Shown in pieces: positions 29,269 through 38,128 of a DNA stretch of 64,000 nt. Source of the stretch: a virus (lineage: Duplodnaviria > Caudoviricetes). Made by a program: the position numbers and the translations under genes. Every line of letters begins with the position of its first letter. The first letter of the stretch is position 1. A model generated the notes under the pieces. It saw only the letters and a list, made by a program, of their open reading frames with translations, was not told the origin of the DNA and ran no database searches. Location of the stretch: positions 21,726-85,725 of IMG/VR virus record IMGVR_UViG_2833436851_000001. The stretch is one strand, 5' to 3'.

Positions 29269-30318
29269 TTATGCCGTTTTGGTGTAGGCCGTATGGACGA
29301 CGATCTCGGCAGGCTTGACGATGTTCACGTCCATCTTCATGCGCATCTGGAAGAAGAAGAGCTCCGAGTTGGATTGCAGACGGTCCACCTTCAGGACTTC
29401 GGCGTCGTTGGCGTAATCTACGCCCATCCACAGGTTGGAGTCCATTCCCGACGTGAAGTTGCCCATGACGATGGTGTGTTCCGGCACGCCCGTAATCGGA
29501 ATGATACGCTTGCCCTTGAAGCGGTAGCGGTTCACCTCGCTGTTCTCGGAGTATTTCACCATCTTGTCGGTGATATACTGGTCGTAGGCGTCCCACGCTT
29601 CCCAGCCCATGACGATGCTCAGGCCCGAGCGCTTGCGGATCTGCTTGGGACATTTCCGCCACATCGAGTAGAGGGCTGCCTCGACCGCAGCGCCGTCCTT
29701 GAGCTCGGTCGTACCGGAGACGATGCACTGGCCGCCTGCAACGGTCTGGGCATCGGTGGCGTTCACGTTGTCGATGATACGCTTGATGACCCCGTCGAAG
29801 TATTTCTCCTTACCGGCTCCGATCTGCACGGCACCGGCGGGAGCCGTGATACCTGCGGCGGCCGCACCGCCCTTGGCCGAAGTCCAGATGGCATTGCCGA
29901 TGAACTCGTTTTTCTTGTCCATCAGAAGGCGCAGCATCGTGGCCTGCAACTTGGGGTCGAGCTCGCGGAAGACGAGGTTGCCCGTCGGCTGTGCGAATTT
30001 CCAGTACGCCTCGAAATCGCGCGGGTTGAATTCGAGGTAAACCATGAACTCGGCGGGTTCGAGGTGGCGTTCCGTGAACTGGTATTCGTTCTCGCCGTTC
30101 TCACCTTTGGCCCCGTGCGAACTCTGGGGCGTAGGTACGTTGTCCTGAATGATGTCTCCCAGCCGGATGGCGGGAAGAGTGTACTTGTGCTGGATGCCGG
30201 ACTTGATGTGGATCAGCCCCTCACGAAAGGTGTCGTTGCCCTGCGCCGTATAGGAGAGCAGGTCTTCCAATACCTCTCCGGCATAGCCGTTCTGTAAGAA
30301 AGTTACTGTATCTGCCAT
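29269..30318 (-). CDS. Major capsid protein
   Basis: Start MADTV at 30318; about 349 aa directly after protease/scaffold; followed by a hairpin terminator near 29205-29237. Confidence 0.7.
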   Translation of the reverse strand: MADTVTFLQNGYAGEVLEDLLSYTAQGNDTFREGLIHIKSGIQHKYTLPAIRLGDIIQDNVPTPQSSHGAKGENGENEYQFTERHLEPAEFMVYLEFNPRDFEAYWKFAQPTGNLVFRELDPKLQATMLRLLMDKKNEFIGNAIWTSAKGGAAAAGITAPAGAVQIGAGKEKYFDGVIKRIIDNVNATDAQTVAGGQCIVSGTTELKDGAAVEAALYSMWRKCPKQIRKRSGLSIVMGWEAWDAYDQYITDKMVKYSENSEVNRYRFKGKRIIPITGVPEHTIVMGNFTSGMDSNLWMGVDYANDAEVLKVDRLQSNSELFFFQMRMKMDVNIVKPAEIVVHTAYTKTA

Positions 30319-30450
30319 TGTGTTAGTGATTTTCTGGGTTAGAATCTCGGCCGCGAACAGGGAGCATCGACTCAAAGCGGTAAACCACTTCCGGCAAATC
30401 AGTTTATGTGTATCAAGGTGGCGGGATGGTACGTCTCCCGTCGGACGGGG

Positions 30451-31707
30451 TTATTGTAGTTTCTTGAACTGGAAGTCTTTGCCCACGACGGCTTCGACCT
30501 GCTCGGCCATCTTCTGACCGGCACTCTTCAGGGCGTCGGCGGCCGCTTTGGCGTTGTCGGGGTCGGTGGCGATCTGCTCGCTGATTTTCTCGCGGGCGGG
30601 AATCGAACCGATGGTGTCCTGCACCAACTGAAAGTTCGTGGCTGCCATCTCTTTCCAGCCGGACACCGCATCCGCCTCGATCTTGCCTTCGTCCACGGCT
30701 TTCTGCAAGAAGCTCTGGATGGCACTCGCTTTGGCATCGGCCTCTTTCTGCTCATAGACCTGCAACCGGGCGGTTATGCTGTCGAGGTCTTTCTGGAGAT
30801 TGCCGATGGTGGCGTCCTTGCCGGCAATCACGGTTTTGGCGTCGCTCAGGGCTTTGTTCGCCTCGGCCAGCCGGGCTTCCACACCGGTCAGCTCCGTAAT
30901 GCGGGAGAGCACGTCTTTGACCTCGTTCTTCTCCTGCATACCGAGTGAGGCGACCACCGCGCTGTATTCCGGGGATAATGTTTTCTCTTCGTTCATGGAT
31001 CTGTGATTAAGTTTCGTATTAAGAATAGTGGTTTTCTCGTCCGACGGGTGATTTCCCTCTTTGGGTGGTGTGATGCGGTTCATGACCGCCTGTATGGCCG
31101 CCGCGTCCGTGATACCCGACAGGTCGGCACGCACCTTGTCCCGGAGCTGCTTGCTGGTCCTCAGCACATGGCTTTCGGGGATGATGCCCGCCTTTACGGC
31201 AGCCGCAGCATCGAAGAATGTCCCGTCCTGCCCGGCAGCCCCGTCCATGATGGCCCGGACCTTTTCGCGGCTCAACCCGAACCGCTTGCGGTAGATGGTC
31301 TCGATCTGCGTCGTGAAGGCTTTGACCATCTCGGACGGTTCCCCGTCGTTTTCGTCAGGCAGGAACGGGTTGTGAATCATCAGGATGCCGTAATCGCGCA
31401 TGAACGACTTGTCCCCGGCAGCCCAGATGACGGAGCCCATCGAGGCGGCCATGCCTTCGATGACGCATTCGGTAGGCACCGAGGCGTTCTGGATGGCGGC
31501 ATAGACCGTCATGCCGTGCAGTACCGAACCGCCCTCCGAGTTGATGAGCACTCGGATAAGGGACGGACGCACGATGTTCTCCAAAAAGTCGAATGCCTCG
31601 CTGAAACGTCCGGCACTCTCTTCTGTGATGCGGCCGAAGAAGCGGATGGAAGCCGGACGTCCGGCACCCGACTGACAGACGATATGTTCAAAAGTTTCCG
31701 TGTTCAT
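30451..31707 (-). CDS. ClpP-like prohead protease fused to coiled-coil scaffold
   Basis: INSEGGSV, GMAASMGSVI, LMIHNP; C-terminal coiled coil. Confidence 0.85.
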   Translation of the reverse strand: MNTETFEHIVCQSGAGRPASIRFFGRITEESAGRFSEAFDFLENIVRPSLIRVLINSEGGSVLHGMTVYAAIQNASVPTECVIEGMAASMGSVIWAAGDKSFMRDYGILMIHNPFLPDENDGEPSEMVKAFTTQIETIYRKRFGLSREKVRAIMDGAAGQDGTFFDAAAAVKAGIIPESHVLRTSKQLRDKVRADLSGITDAAAIQAVMNRITPPKEGNHPSDEKTTILNTKLNHRSMNEEKTLSPEYSAVVASLGMQEKNEVKDVLSRITELTGVEARLAEANKALSDAKTVIAGKDATIGNLQKDLDSITARLQVYEQKEADAKASAIQSFLQKAVDEGKIEADAVSGWKEMAATNFQLVQDTIGSIPAREKISEQIATDPDNAKAAADALKSAGQKMAEQVEAVVGKDFQFKKLQ

Positions 31708-31749
31708 CTTTTCCTTTGGGTAAGAATAGCTTCGCTCGCGTGAAATGGT

Positions 31750-32550
31750 TTATAATCCGCTTTCGGAGCCGTTCGGGACATCCTCGGCAGGCTTTTCCTC
31801 TTCAGGTTCTTTTTCATCCTCCTCCGGCAGGTCCGGCACATCTACCGACGGCTCGAATCCCGTAACCTGTTCGTAAACCGGTTCGGCATGGTGTCCGTGT
31901 CCTGCCGTGTCATGCTGCGGAGCATCGGTATGCTGCGTGAAAGGCGGCATGACCAGATAGCGTTCTACCCAGTTCCGGTATTTCCAGGCGGAGGATTCCC
32001 GGAACCAGACCTCGTAATCCACCCAGTACGCCTGCAACATGTTGGTTGTCATCGGCATGTCGAAGTAAAGGAGATTGCATCGCTCCGTGAGTGCCGGTTC
32101 ATGGCTTTTGGCATCCTGAATGGCGACGTTCAACCGCTGGAAAACGATGAACGGGTCGCATTCCCGCTCCGGGTCGGTGTGGTTGAGCGTATTGAGGATG
32201 AAGCGGATGCGCATGGTGGCGCGGCCCTCGCCGATACGTTGCTGCTGCACGAGGTAGCGCACGTTCACGAAGCGGATGAAGATGGCAGGAAAGGCGATTT
32301 CCATTTCCAGATTTTCGCTGCGCACGATTCGGGAGAACTGTCCCGTGTCGATCATGATGGTCTTGAAAAATGGCGGACTTTGCGGCTCTTCCGGATGCTC
32401 CCGCAGTGTGAGGATGGCACGGCGGACAGCCTGATACATGTTCACGAACGGATTCTCCGATACCTGTTCGGGCACGGCGACCGCAGGTTGTTCCGCTCTC
32501 GGAGCGGAACCGTTTACGGGTGGATTATATGGCTTCTTGTCTTTTATCAT
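31750..32550 (-). CDS. Putative head-tail / tail completion protein
   Basis: FPAIFIRF motif and context. Confidence 0.45.
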   Translation of the reverse strand: MIKDKKPYNPPVNGSAPRAEQPAVAVPEQVSENPFVNMYQAVRRAILTLREHPEEPQSPPFFKTIMIDTGQFSRIVRSENLEMEIAFPAIFIRFVNVRYLVQQQRIGEGRATMRIRFILNTLNHTDPERECDPFIVFQRLNVAIQDAKSHEPALTERCNLLYFDMPMTTNMLQAYWVDYEVWFRESSAWKYRNWVERYLVMPPFTQHTDAPQHDTAGHGHHAEPVYEQVTGFEPSVDVPDLPEEDEKEPEEEKPAEDVPNGSESGL

Positions 32551-33128
32551 GGGTTGGGAAAGGGAAATCCCCGGAACAGAATGGGGATAAACAATTGGTT
32601 GACGGTATGATTCAATTTCGGGCTGATGCCGATAAACTGCCGATGTTCGGGCCGGCGGCTGCTATATTGGTTGACCGTGTAGAGTCCCAACGCCGGATCA
32701 GTGTTGTGGACAGCGGCGTAGCTCTTGGAAGCGCCGCGTTTGCCCGGCTGCTTGAAATTGCTCGCTTGGGTCCGAATGGCGTAACGGGCTCCTCGGCGGA
32801 AAATCTTCTTCCGCTCACCGTAGCCGCGCTGGGTAATGTTGGTGTGGTCCATACGGTCGGCTTCCCCGGTGATGGAGCGCGACAAGGTTCCGGTGTCGTT
32901 CATCACGGGATGGGTGAAGCGTCGGCCCCAGCGGGATTTGCGTTCCGGCCACGGCTTGCCGCTGCCGTAAAAACCGCCTTCGGCGAAACTGGTGCGGAAC
33001 CGACTTATGGAGTATTCGCCGGCCTTTGTCACGAAGTCGTGGGTGTTGAACTCCATCTTGTTAGGCAAATACCGGCCGTTGCCTTTCGGCGCCCACTGCT
33101 CGCAGAATTGTTCAAGGGTGATTCTCAT
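32547..33128 (-). CDS. Virion morphogenesis protein (Mu gpG / P2 gpS-like)
   Basis: WPERK, DTGTLSRSI, YAAVHN, RQFIG motifs. Confidence 0.7.
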   Translation of the reverse strand: MRITLEQFCEQWAPKGNGRYLPNKMEFNTHDFVTKAGEYSISRFRTSFAEGGFYGSGKPWPERKSRWGRRFTHPVMNDTGTLSRSITGEADRMDHTNITQRGYGERKKIFRRGARYAIRTQASNFKQPGKRGASKSYAAVHNTDPALGLYTVNQYSSRRPEHRQFIGISPKLNHTVNQLFIPILFRGFPFPNP

Positions 33129-33130
33129 GG

Positions 33131-34438
33131 CTACGGATTGGTATCGGTTTGTTTTACGCCACGGGGATGACCGTAGCGTTTGTAATATTCCTCGTCCGAC
33201 ATGATGCCCCGGTCGGATGAGCTTCCACCGACTGCCACACTGCCTCCGCCACCCATGCCGGGTATCACATTGAGCTGCTTGCCCACGACGATGCCGAACT
33301 CTTTCTCTATTTCATCCGCCGCCACCTCGTACTTGTCCGTGATGAGCGAGTAGAGCTTAATACGGTCTTCGTTATTCATGTCGATGCGGTTGGAATACTT
33401 GAATTCCAGTCCGGCGGGGATATAGCCCATCGCCACGAGCCGGGGGATGATCTGCTCGTTCATCACGTTCTCGATATAGCGGCGATATACCTCGATGCGG
33501 TCGCGGAAGATGTCCTGATGCGCCTTGGTGGAGCCGACATACGACTGCATGCCTCCGGCCATCGATTCGGAGCCGAGAATAAGGTTCGAGACCTCCTTGT
33601 TGGCGAACTGAATCAGTCCGGTATATATCTTCTCGCTGTTGGACATGGTGAAGGTCTTGATATCAACTTCATCCTCCAGCCCCGTTACGATGATCTTATT
33701 CTGAGCCGCATTGGAGATGTCCTGTGCCAGACGCTTGCGGTCCATATTGTTTTCACTGACGGTCTTTCCGTGAATAACCGGCTGACCATACGAATGACTG
33801 AAATTCAAATAGTTAGCAACCGTAAACTTTTTGGCGAGAATCAGCGGCGTCGTGGCCGAGAAAAGCCCGAGATCTCCCGTCTTGATGAGCACATAACGCT
33901 TCCGGTAGGCGGCCGAGTGAATGTCCCAGTGCGGCAGCCACAGTCCTTGCCGTTTGACGACAATGCCCTGTTCGGGTAGGACGTTGCGGCGTTCGATACT
34001 GTTTACCTCCTTCAGCCGTCCCGTCTCAGGATCGGTATCGGGCATGATTTCCAGCAGCGTATAGCCGTAGAGCTTGGCCTCGATGATGCCTCGGATGATT
34101 TTGTCGAACTGAGAACCCTGTATCTTCTGGCTCTCTTTCACATCCTTGACGTATTTGCCCTTGTCGTTCAAACGGGCGAGCATATAGCGGTCTCCGAGTA
34201 TCTGGCTTTCGAGTGTCTCGATGACCGCGCGGATGTGCGCATCCTGTTGCAGGCACGCATCGTACAGGTCGATCAGACGCGCCCGGTCGTCGAGGATGGT
34301 TCCCAGCAGCATGTTCGAGCGCACCGAACGGTAGCGGTTGTGCCGTTCGATTTCCCGCACGTATTCCTGAATCGTTTTTTTCGACGTGTGGAATATGCTT
34401 TCGAGCAATTCGCGGTTAAATGTTCCTTCTTCCTGCAT
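33131..34438 (-). CDS. Portal protein (DUF935 / Mu gp29-like)
   Basis: DLYDACLQQDAHIRAV, LYGYTLLEI, NKEVSNLILG, STKAHQDI; first gene of the late module. Confidence 0.8.
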   Translation of the reverse strand: MQEEGTFNRELLESIFHTSKKTIQEYVREIERHNRYRSVRSNMLLGTILDDRARLIDLYDACLQQDAHIRAVIETLESQILGDRYMLARLNDKGKYVKDVKESQKIQGSQFDKIIRGIIEAKLYGYTLLEIMPDTDPETGRLKEVNSIERRNVLPEQGIVVKRQGLWLPHWDIHSAAYRKRYVLIKTGDLGLFSATTPLILAKKFTVANYLNFSHSYGQPVIHGKTVSENNMDRKRLAQDISNAAQNKIIVTGLEDEVDIKTFTMSNSEKIYTGLIQFANKEVSNLILGSESMAGGMQSYVGSTKAHQDIFRDRIEVYRRYIENVMNEQIIPRLVAMGYIPAGLEFKYSNRIDMNNEDRIKLYSLITDKYEVAADEIEKEFGIVVGKQLNVIPGMGGGGSVAVGGSSSDRGIMSDEEYYKRYGHPRGVKQTDTNP

Positions 34439-34455
34439 TTTTTTCGGGTTTCAAA

Positions 34456-34487
34456 AAGAATAGTTTGATCCCGAAAAAATGGGTTAT
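34456..34487 (-). promoter_or_regulatory. Putative phage late promoter (bipartite motif, nine copies in the window)
   Basis: - strand ATAACCCA-N16-CTATTCTT; CTATTCTT-like boxes also at 2973, 7038, 10942, 16129, 23792, 24439, 31021 and 31722. Confidence 0.65.
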
Positions 34488-34710
34488 CTGCCCCCTTCAG
34501 ACCATACGAACAAATCGGCTCCAATATGTTCGGTTTACCATACAAAATAGGCGGACGGTTACTTATAGATTTTTGGCCTGTTTTTGCACTCGAAATGCGA
34601 TTGTAAATACCTATGAATGAATTATTAACGATAAAATTTATCGGCAAATTTATAGTCAAAATCGAGCCGAAAAGTATATATTTGCCTGCAAAATTCAATA
34701 TTTTGAGAAA

Positions 34711-35151
34711 ATGAGAAGAATAGAAAATCATCAAGGGTTCAGACTTCGGTTCGGCGAGTTTCCGGATTTGCTGTTCGTCGTCACTGATACCCGGACTTAT
34801 TTTGACATGACACACTTCCTGCAATCCATGAAGCTGGACCCGGAAGAAAAGATTGCTGAATTTACCACAGGATTCGCCTTGTGGATAGACCATCTGGGCA
34901 AGATGTACGGCATACCGCCGGACGAACGCTTCGCCGTTGATACCGCTACGGGGCACTCTCTGGCGGAAGAATCTTTCGCCCTGCCGTTCCTCTGCTGTGT
35001 TGATCCCGTATTCGGGGTGTACCTGCTGGACAACATGTCGCAGATGCTGTTGACCGGAATCGCGTGTTCAGACTCCTACATCCTAATGCAGGCGCAGCAG
35101 CGGTTTACCCATGAAGAACTGCTTTCCACCCCAAACACCGATGAGCTATGA
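34711..35151 (+). CDS. Hypothetical protein, first gene of divergent regulatory operon
   Basis: 146 aa ORF; TATATTTG at 34677-34684. Confidence 0.7.
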   Translation: MRRIENHQGFRLRFGEFPDLLFVVTDTRTYFDMTHFLQSMKLDPEEKIAEFTTGFALWIDHLGKMYGIPPDERFAVDTATGHSLAEESFALPFLCCVDPVFGVYLLDNMSQMLLTGIACSDSYILMQAQQRFTHEELLSTPNTDEL

Positions 35152-35531
35152 AAACGAAAGGTCCATTTTTACCGTCGAAGCAGTTGCTGGTCTTCAACGG
35201 AGCGTATGTACTCATCGCCGTGGTGCGCTCGCTGCACAGCGCGGCGGATTTTTCAGGCATCAACCTCCAAAGCATATCGTTCTCCTGTACCGGGAAGTAT
35301 GTAGCCACTGGAGGCTTCTATTTCCGACATGCGCACCCCGATGTGCAAATCGACCTGTCGGACCTCGACAACCTGACATTGCAGGAATACGACCGCCTTT
35401 GCGGTGTGGAGCGCCGCTATTTCACCGTGCGGGAGATCGCCCACAAGCGACAGGCGTATGAGGAACGGCGCAAGGAGTTCCGGAAATTCTGTAAACAACG
35501 TGATTTAGAAGAGAAAGAGAATGAAAAATAA
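35148..35531 (+). CDS. NUMOD1-like HTH DNA-binding protein
   Basis: RSLHSAADFSGINLQSISFSCTGK...GGFYFR; paralog of 37467-37832. Confidence 0.6.
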   Translation: MKTKGPFLPSKQLLVFNGAYVLIAVVRSLHSAADFSGINLQSISFSCTGKYVATGGFYFRHAHPDVQIDLSDLDNLTLQEYDRLCGVERRYFTVREIAHKRQAYEERRKEFRKFCKQRDLEEKENEK

Positions 35532-35537
35532 TACAAG

Positions 35538-37022
35538 ATGAAAAGCAATGCGATACTATGTGAAGAGTACCCGGTCAGGGTGCTGTTCAACGATGACAAA
35601 ACCTTGGCATGGGTAAACCTCCATGACCTCTGCAAAGTATTGGGGCGCGAGGAGATGTTGACCGACAAGGCGGCTATCCGCCAGTTGCCCTCCAGTATTC
35701 AGATTCCGTTCCGCAAGAAAGGACGCGAGATGTGGGCCATCAGCCCTTACGACGTCTATAAGCTGATCCGGCCCATGCGGCGCGAAAACTCCATCGCGGC
35801 AAAGAAGTGCGCCGCAGTGGAGACGTGGCTGAACGAACTGCTCGAAGACGCGGCCATACAGTCTGCCAAAGCGACGCGACCCGCACAGCAGGAAGACGTG
35901 GTGTTCAGCTATCAGGACCATCCGATCTCTTTTCGTGCTGCGAACAATAAGATGATGATAAACGCCACGCAGATGGCCCGCAGCTTCGGAGTTTTGCCCG
36001 CAGAGATACTGCGCAAGGCGGATTTCGTCCGCTATCGCCAACATCTGGTCGAGAAGGGCATCTCGGAAAGCCTCGACAGCCAGATTTTTACCACGCGCGG
36101 CCGTAACAACGGGGCGACATGGATCGATGAAGAGCTGGCGATGGAGTTCGCCCGGCAGTTGTCGCCGGAGTTCTCGCAATGGTGCAACACGAAAATCAAC
36201 GAACTGATGACACGGGGCTATGTCACATTGGAACCCAGACCCGAAAGCGGCATGGGCACTACCGAGAATCTGCCCGTGCCGCAAAGCCTCGACGAGGCGC
36301 AGCAGTTGATTGTCGCCCAACGCCACGAAATACACCTGCAACAGGAACGCATCGAAGCCGATTCCTACAAGGTGGAGTTTTACGACAACCTGATCGAGGG
36401 TCGGGACTTCTATTCGACGACATGGCTCGCGCAGGAGCTCAATACGACACCCCGGCAGTTGCACCAGTTCCTTGCCGAGAAAGGCATCTGCAAGTTCTCG
36501 AAAAACCAGTGGATAGCCTTCCTGCCATACCGAAGCTGGCAAATCGACATGCCGTATTACTGGAATAACCTGCGCACCGGCAAGTGCTACGCGGCAGGAA
36601 CACGGAAACGATGGAGCAAGATCGGCCGTGACCAGATTCTTGAACTCTGGAACAGGGAACCGCCTAAACGTCCAGAGCTGCCGTCCGGACGCCGTAGGGT
36701 GGAAAACCCGTACAGCCATCTGACGGAAGGCGTGGATTATTTCACACCCACACAACTCGCCCGGGAAATCGGTATCTCAGCCAACCGAATGAGTCAGTTT
36801 TTGGAAAATAGCGGCATTTGTCAGTTCGAGAAGAGGCAATGGGCTGTCCTGCCTGAATATCGGGAATGGCAAATCGACGTGCCGTACTACTGGACGAATC
36901 CCAAAACTCAGAAACGATGGGCATTCGGTACCCGTAAGCGGTGGTCACTACTCGGCAGGGAAAAAATCATCGAATTGTGGAACAAACGAAATGCCGAACA
37001 ACAACCGGAAGAGACAGCATGA
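35538..37022 (+). CDS. Antirepressor-like protein (BRO-N, KilA-N, duplicated ANT/KilAC-like domains)
   Basis: WVNLHDLCKVLG; MINATQMARSFG, GATWIDEELAMEFARQLSPEF; KVEFYDNL; two tandem C-terminal repeats. Confidence 0.8.
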   Translation: MKSNAILCEEYPVRVLFNDDKTLAWVNLHDLCKVLGREEMLTDKAAIRQLPSSIQIPFRKKGREMWAISPYDVYKLIRPMRRENSIAAKKCAAVETWLNELLEDAAIQSAKATRPAQQEDVVFSYQDHPISFRAANNKMMINATQMARSFGVLPAEILRKADFVRYRQHLVEKGISESLDSQIFTTRGRNNGATWIDEELAMEFARQLSPEFSQWCNTKINELMTRGYVTLEPRPESGMGTTENLPVPQSLDEAQQLIVAQRHEIHLQQERIEADSYKVEFYDNLIEGRDFYSTTWLAQELNTTPRQLHQFLAEKGICKFSKNQWIAFLPYRSWQIDMPYYWNNLRTGKCYAAGTRKRWSKIGRDQILELWNREPPKRPELPSGRRRVENPYSHLTEGVDYFTPTQLAREIGISANRMSQFLENSGICQFEKRQWAVLPEYREWQIDVPYYWTNPKTQKRWAFGTRKRWSLLGREKIIELWNKRNAEQQPEETA

Positions 37023-37459
37023 GCAAGGAACTGACCGAGAAGATTTCAAGAGCAACGGGGCGCTATCCCGTGAGCTGCGACTGTCCCCGTTGTCGGAGAC
37101 AATGCCTGACGCCCTGCCTGGGTACACCGGAGGACATCTGGCGACTGATAGAGGCCGGATATGAAGAACGGCTGCGAATTACATTTTGGGCTGTCGGTAT
37201 GCTGGTCGGAGCCATACCGTTCCCGATACTGATGGTGCAGGCCCTCCAGACGGAGCACGGCTGCATATTCTGGAAAAACGGGCTCTGTGAACTGCATGAG
37301 CTAAAACTCAAACCGACGGAAGGACGCCTGTCGTATCATATCCTCACGGAAGAGAGTATCTGTTTTAGTAAATCACTGAGCTGGAACGTGGCAAAAGAGT
37401 GGATCAACGTGGAAAACATCCCGCTCATTACCCGAATCCTGCAACGCATGGTAAAATGA
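37019..37459 (+). CDS. Cys-cluster (YkgJ-like) protein
   Basis: Start MSKEL at 37019; CDCPRCRRQCLTPC...GCIFWKNGLCELH..KPTEG. Confidence 0.6.
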   Translation: MSKELTEKISRATGRYPVSCDCPRCRRQCLTPCLGTPEDIWRLIEAGYEERLRITFWAVGMLVGAIPFPILMVQALQTEHGCIFWKNGLCELHELKLKPTEGRLSYHILTEESICFSKSLSWNVAKEWINVENIPLITRILQRMVK

Positions 37460-37466
37460 AAACCGT

Positions 37467-37832
37467 ATGAAACACAAAGGGAAAAGCAGCAGTTCATTCC
37501 GGCATCCGAAGCAGGTGCTGCTGTTCGGCCACACGCGCATACTGGTCGCCGTCTTCAAGTCGATGCAATCGTGCGCCGAAATCACCGGAACATCTGTCAA
37601 GACGGTCAGCCGGGCCTGCAAAGGCGAATATGCGCAGGCGGCGGGATTCTATTTCCGCAGGCTGCATCCAGACGTGGAGATTGAAATGGCAGACCTCGAC
37701 ACGCTCCCTCTGGAAGAGTATGACCGGCTCTGCGGCGAGGTGCGCCGCTACCTGCCCAAAGAGACGGTAAAGGCTTTCAGGGAGAAGTTCGAGCAAACCT
37801 ACGGGCATAAAAAAAGCCCCGATGGGGGCTGA
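37467..37832 (+). CDS. NUMOD1-like HTH DNA-binding protein
   Basis: FKSMQSCAEITGTSVKTVSRACKG...AGFYFR; paralog of 35148-35531. Confidence 0.6.
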   Translation: MKHKGKSSSSFRHPKQVLLFGHTRILVAVFKSMQSCAEITGTSVKTVSRACKGEYAQAAGFYFRRLHPDVEIEMADLDTLPLEEYDRLCGEVRRYLPKETVKAFREKFEQTYGHKKSPDGG

Positions 37833-37860
37833 CCGACAACTATTTCTAACTCTATAAAAC

Positions 37861-38044
37861 AGAAAAGTAAGATGCAGTAATATTATATATACTATACTAC
37901 TATCTTACTTTTCTCTTTTTATCTACTAAAAGAAAAACAGAGCGAACCCCTTTAGGGGTGAGCATTAAAGGGTATAAATAAACACTGGAGCGTAGCGGAA
38001 GTGCTTTATTTATACCCTCCATCTTGCTTCTTCTTTAGAAGAAG
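37861..38044. repeat. AT-rich cluster of inverted repeats
   Basis: AGAAAAGTAAGAT/ATCTTACTTTTCT, ACCCC/GGGGT, AGGGTATAAATAAA/TTTATTTATACCCT, CTTCTTCT/AGAAGAAG. Confidence 0.75.
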
Positions 38045-38128
38045 ATAGAGAATACCGATACAGAAATTTCAAAGCGGGATTTACTTTTCCAGCAACAAGG
38101 TGACGGATAGCGGATGATTGTAAAACGG

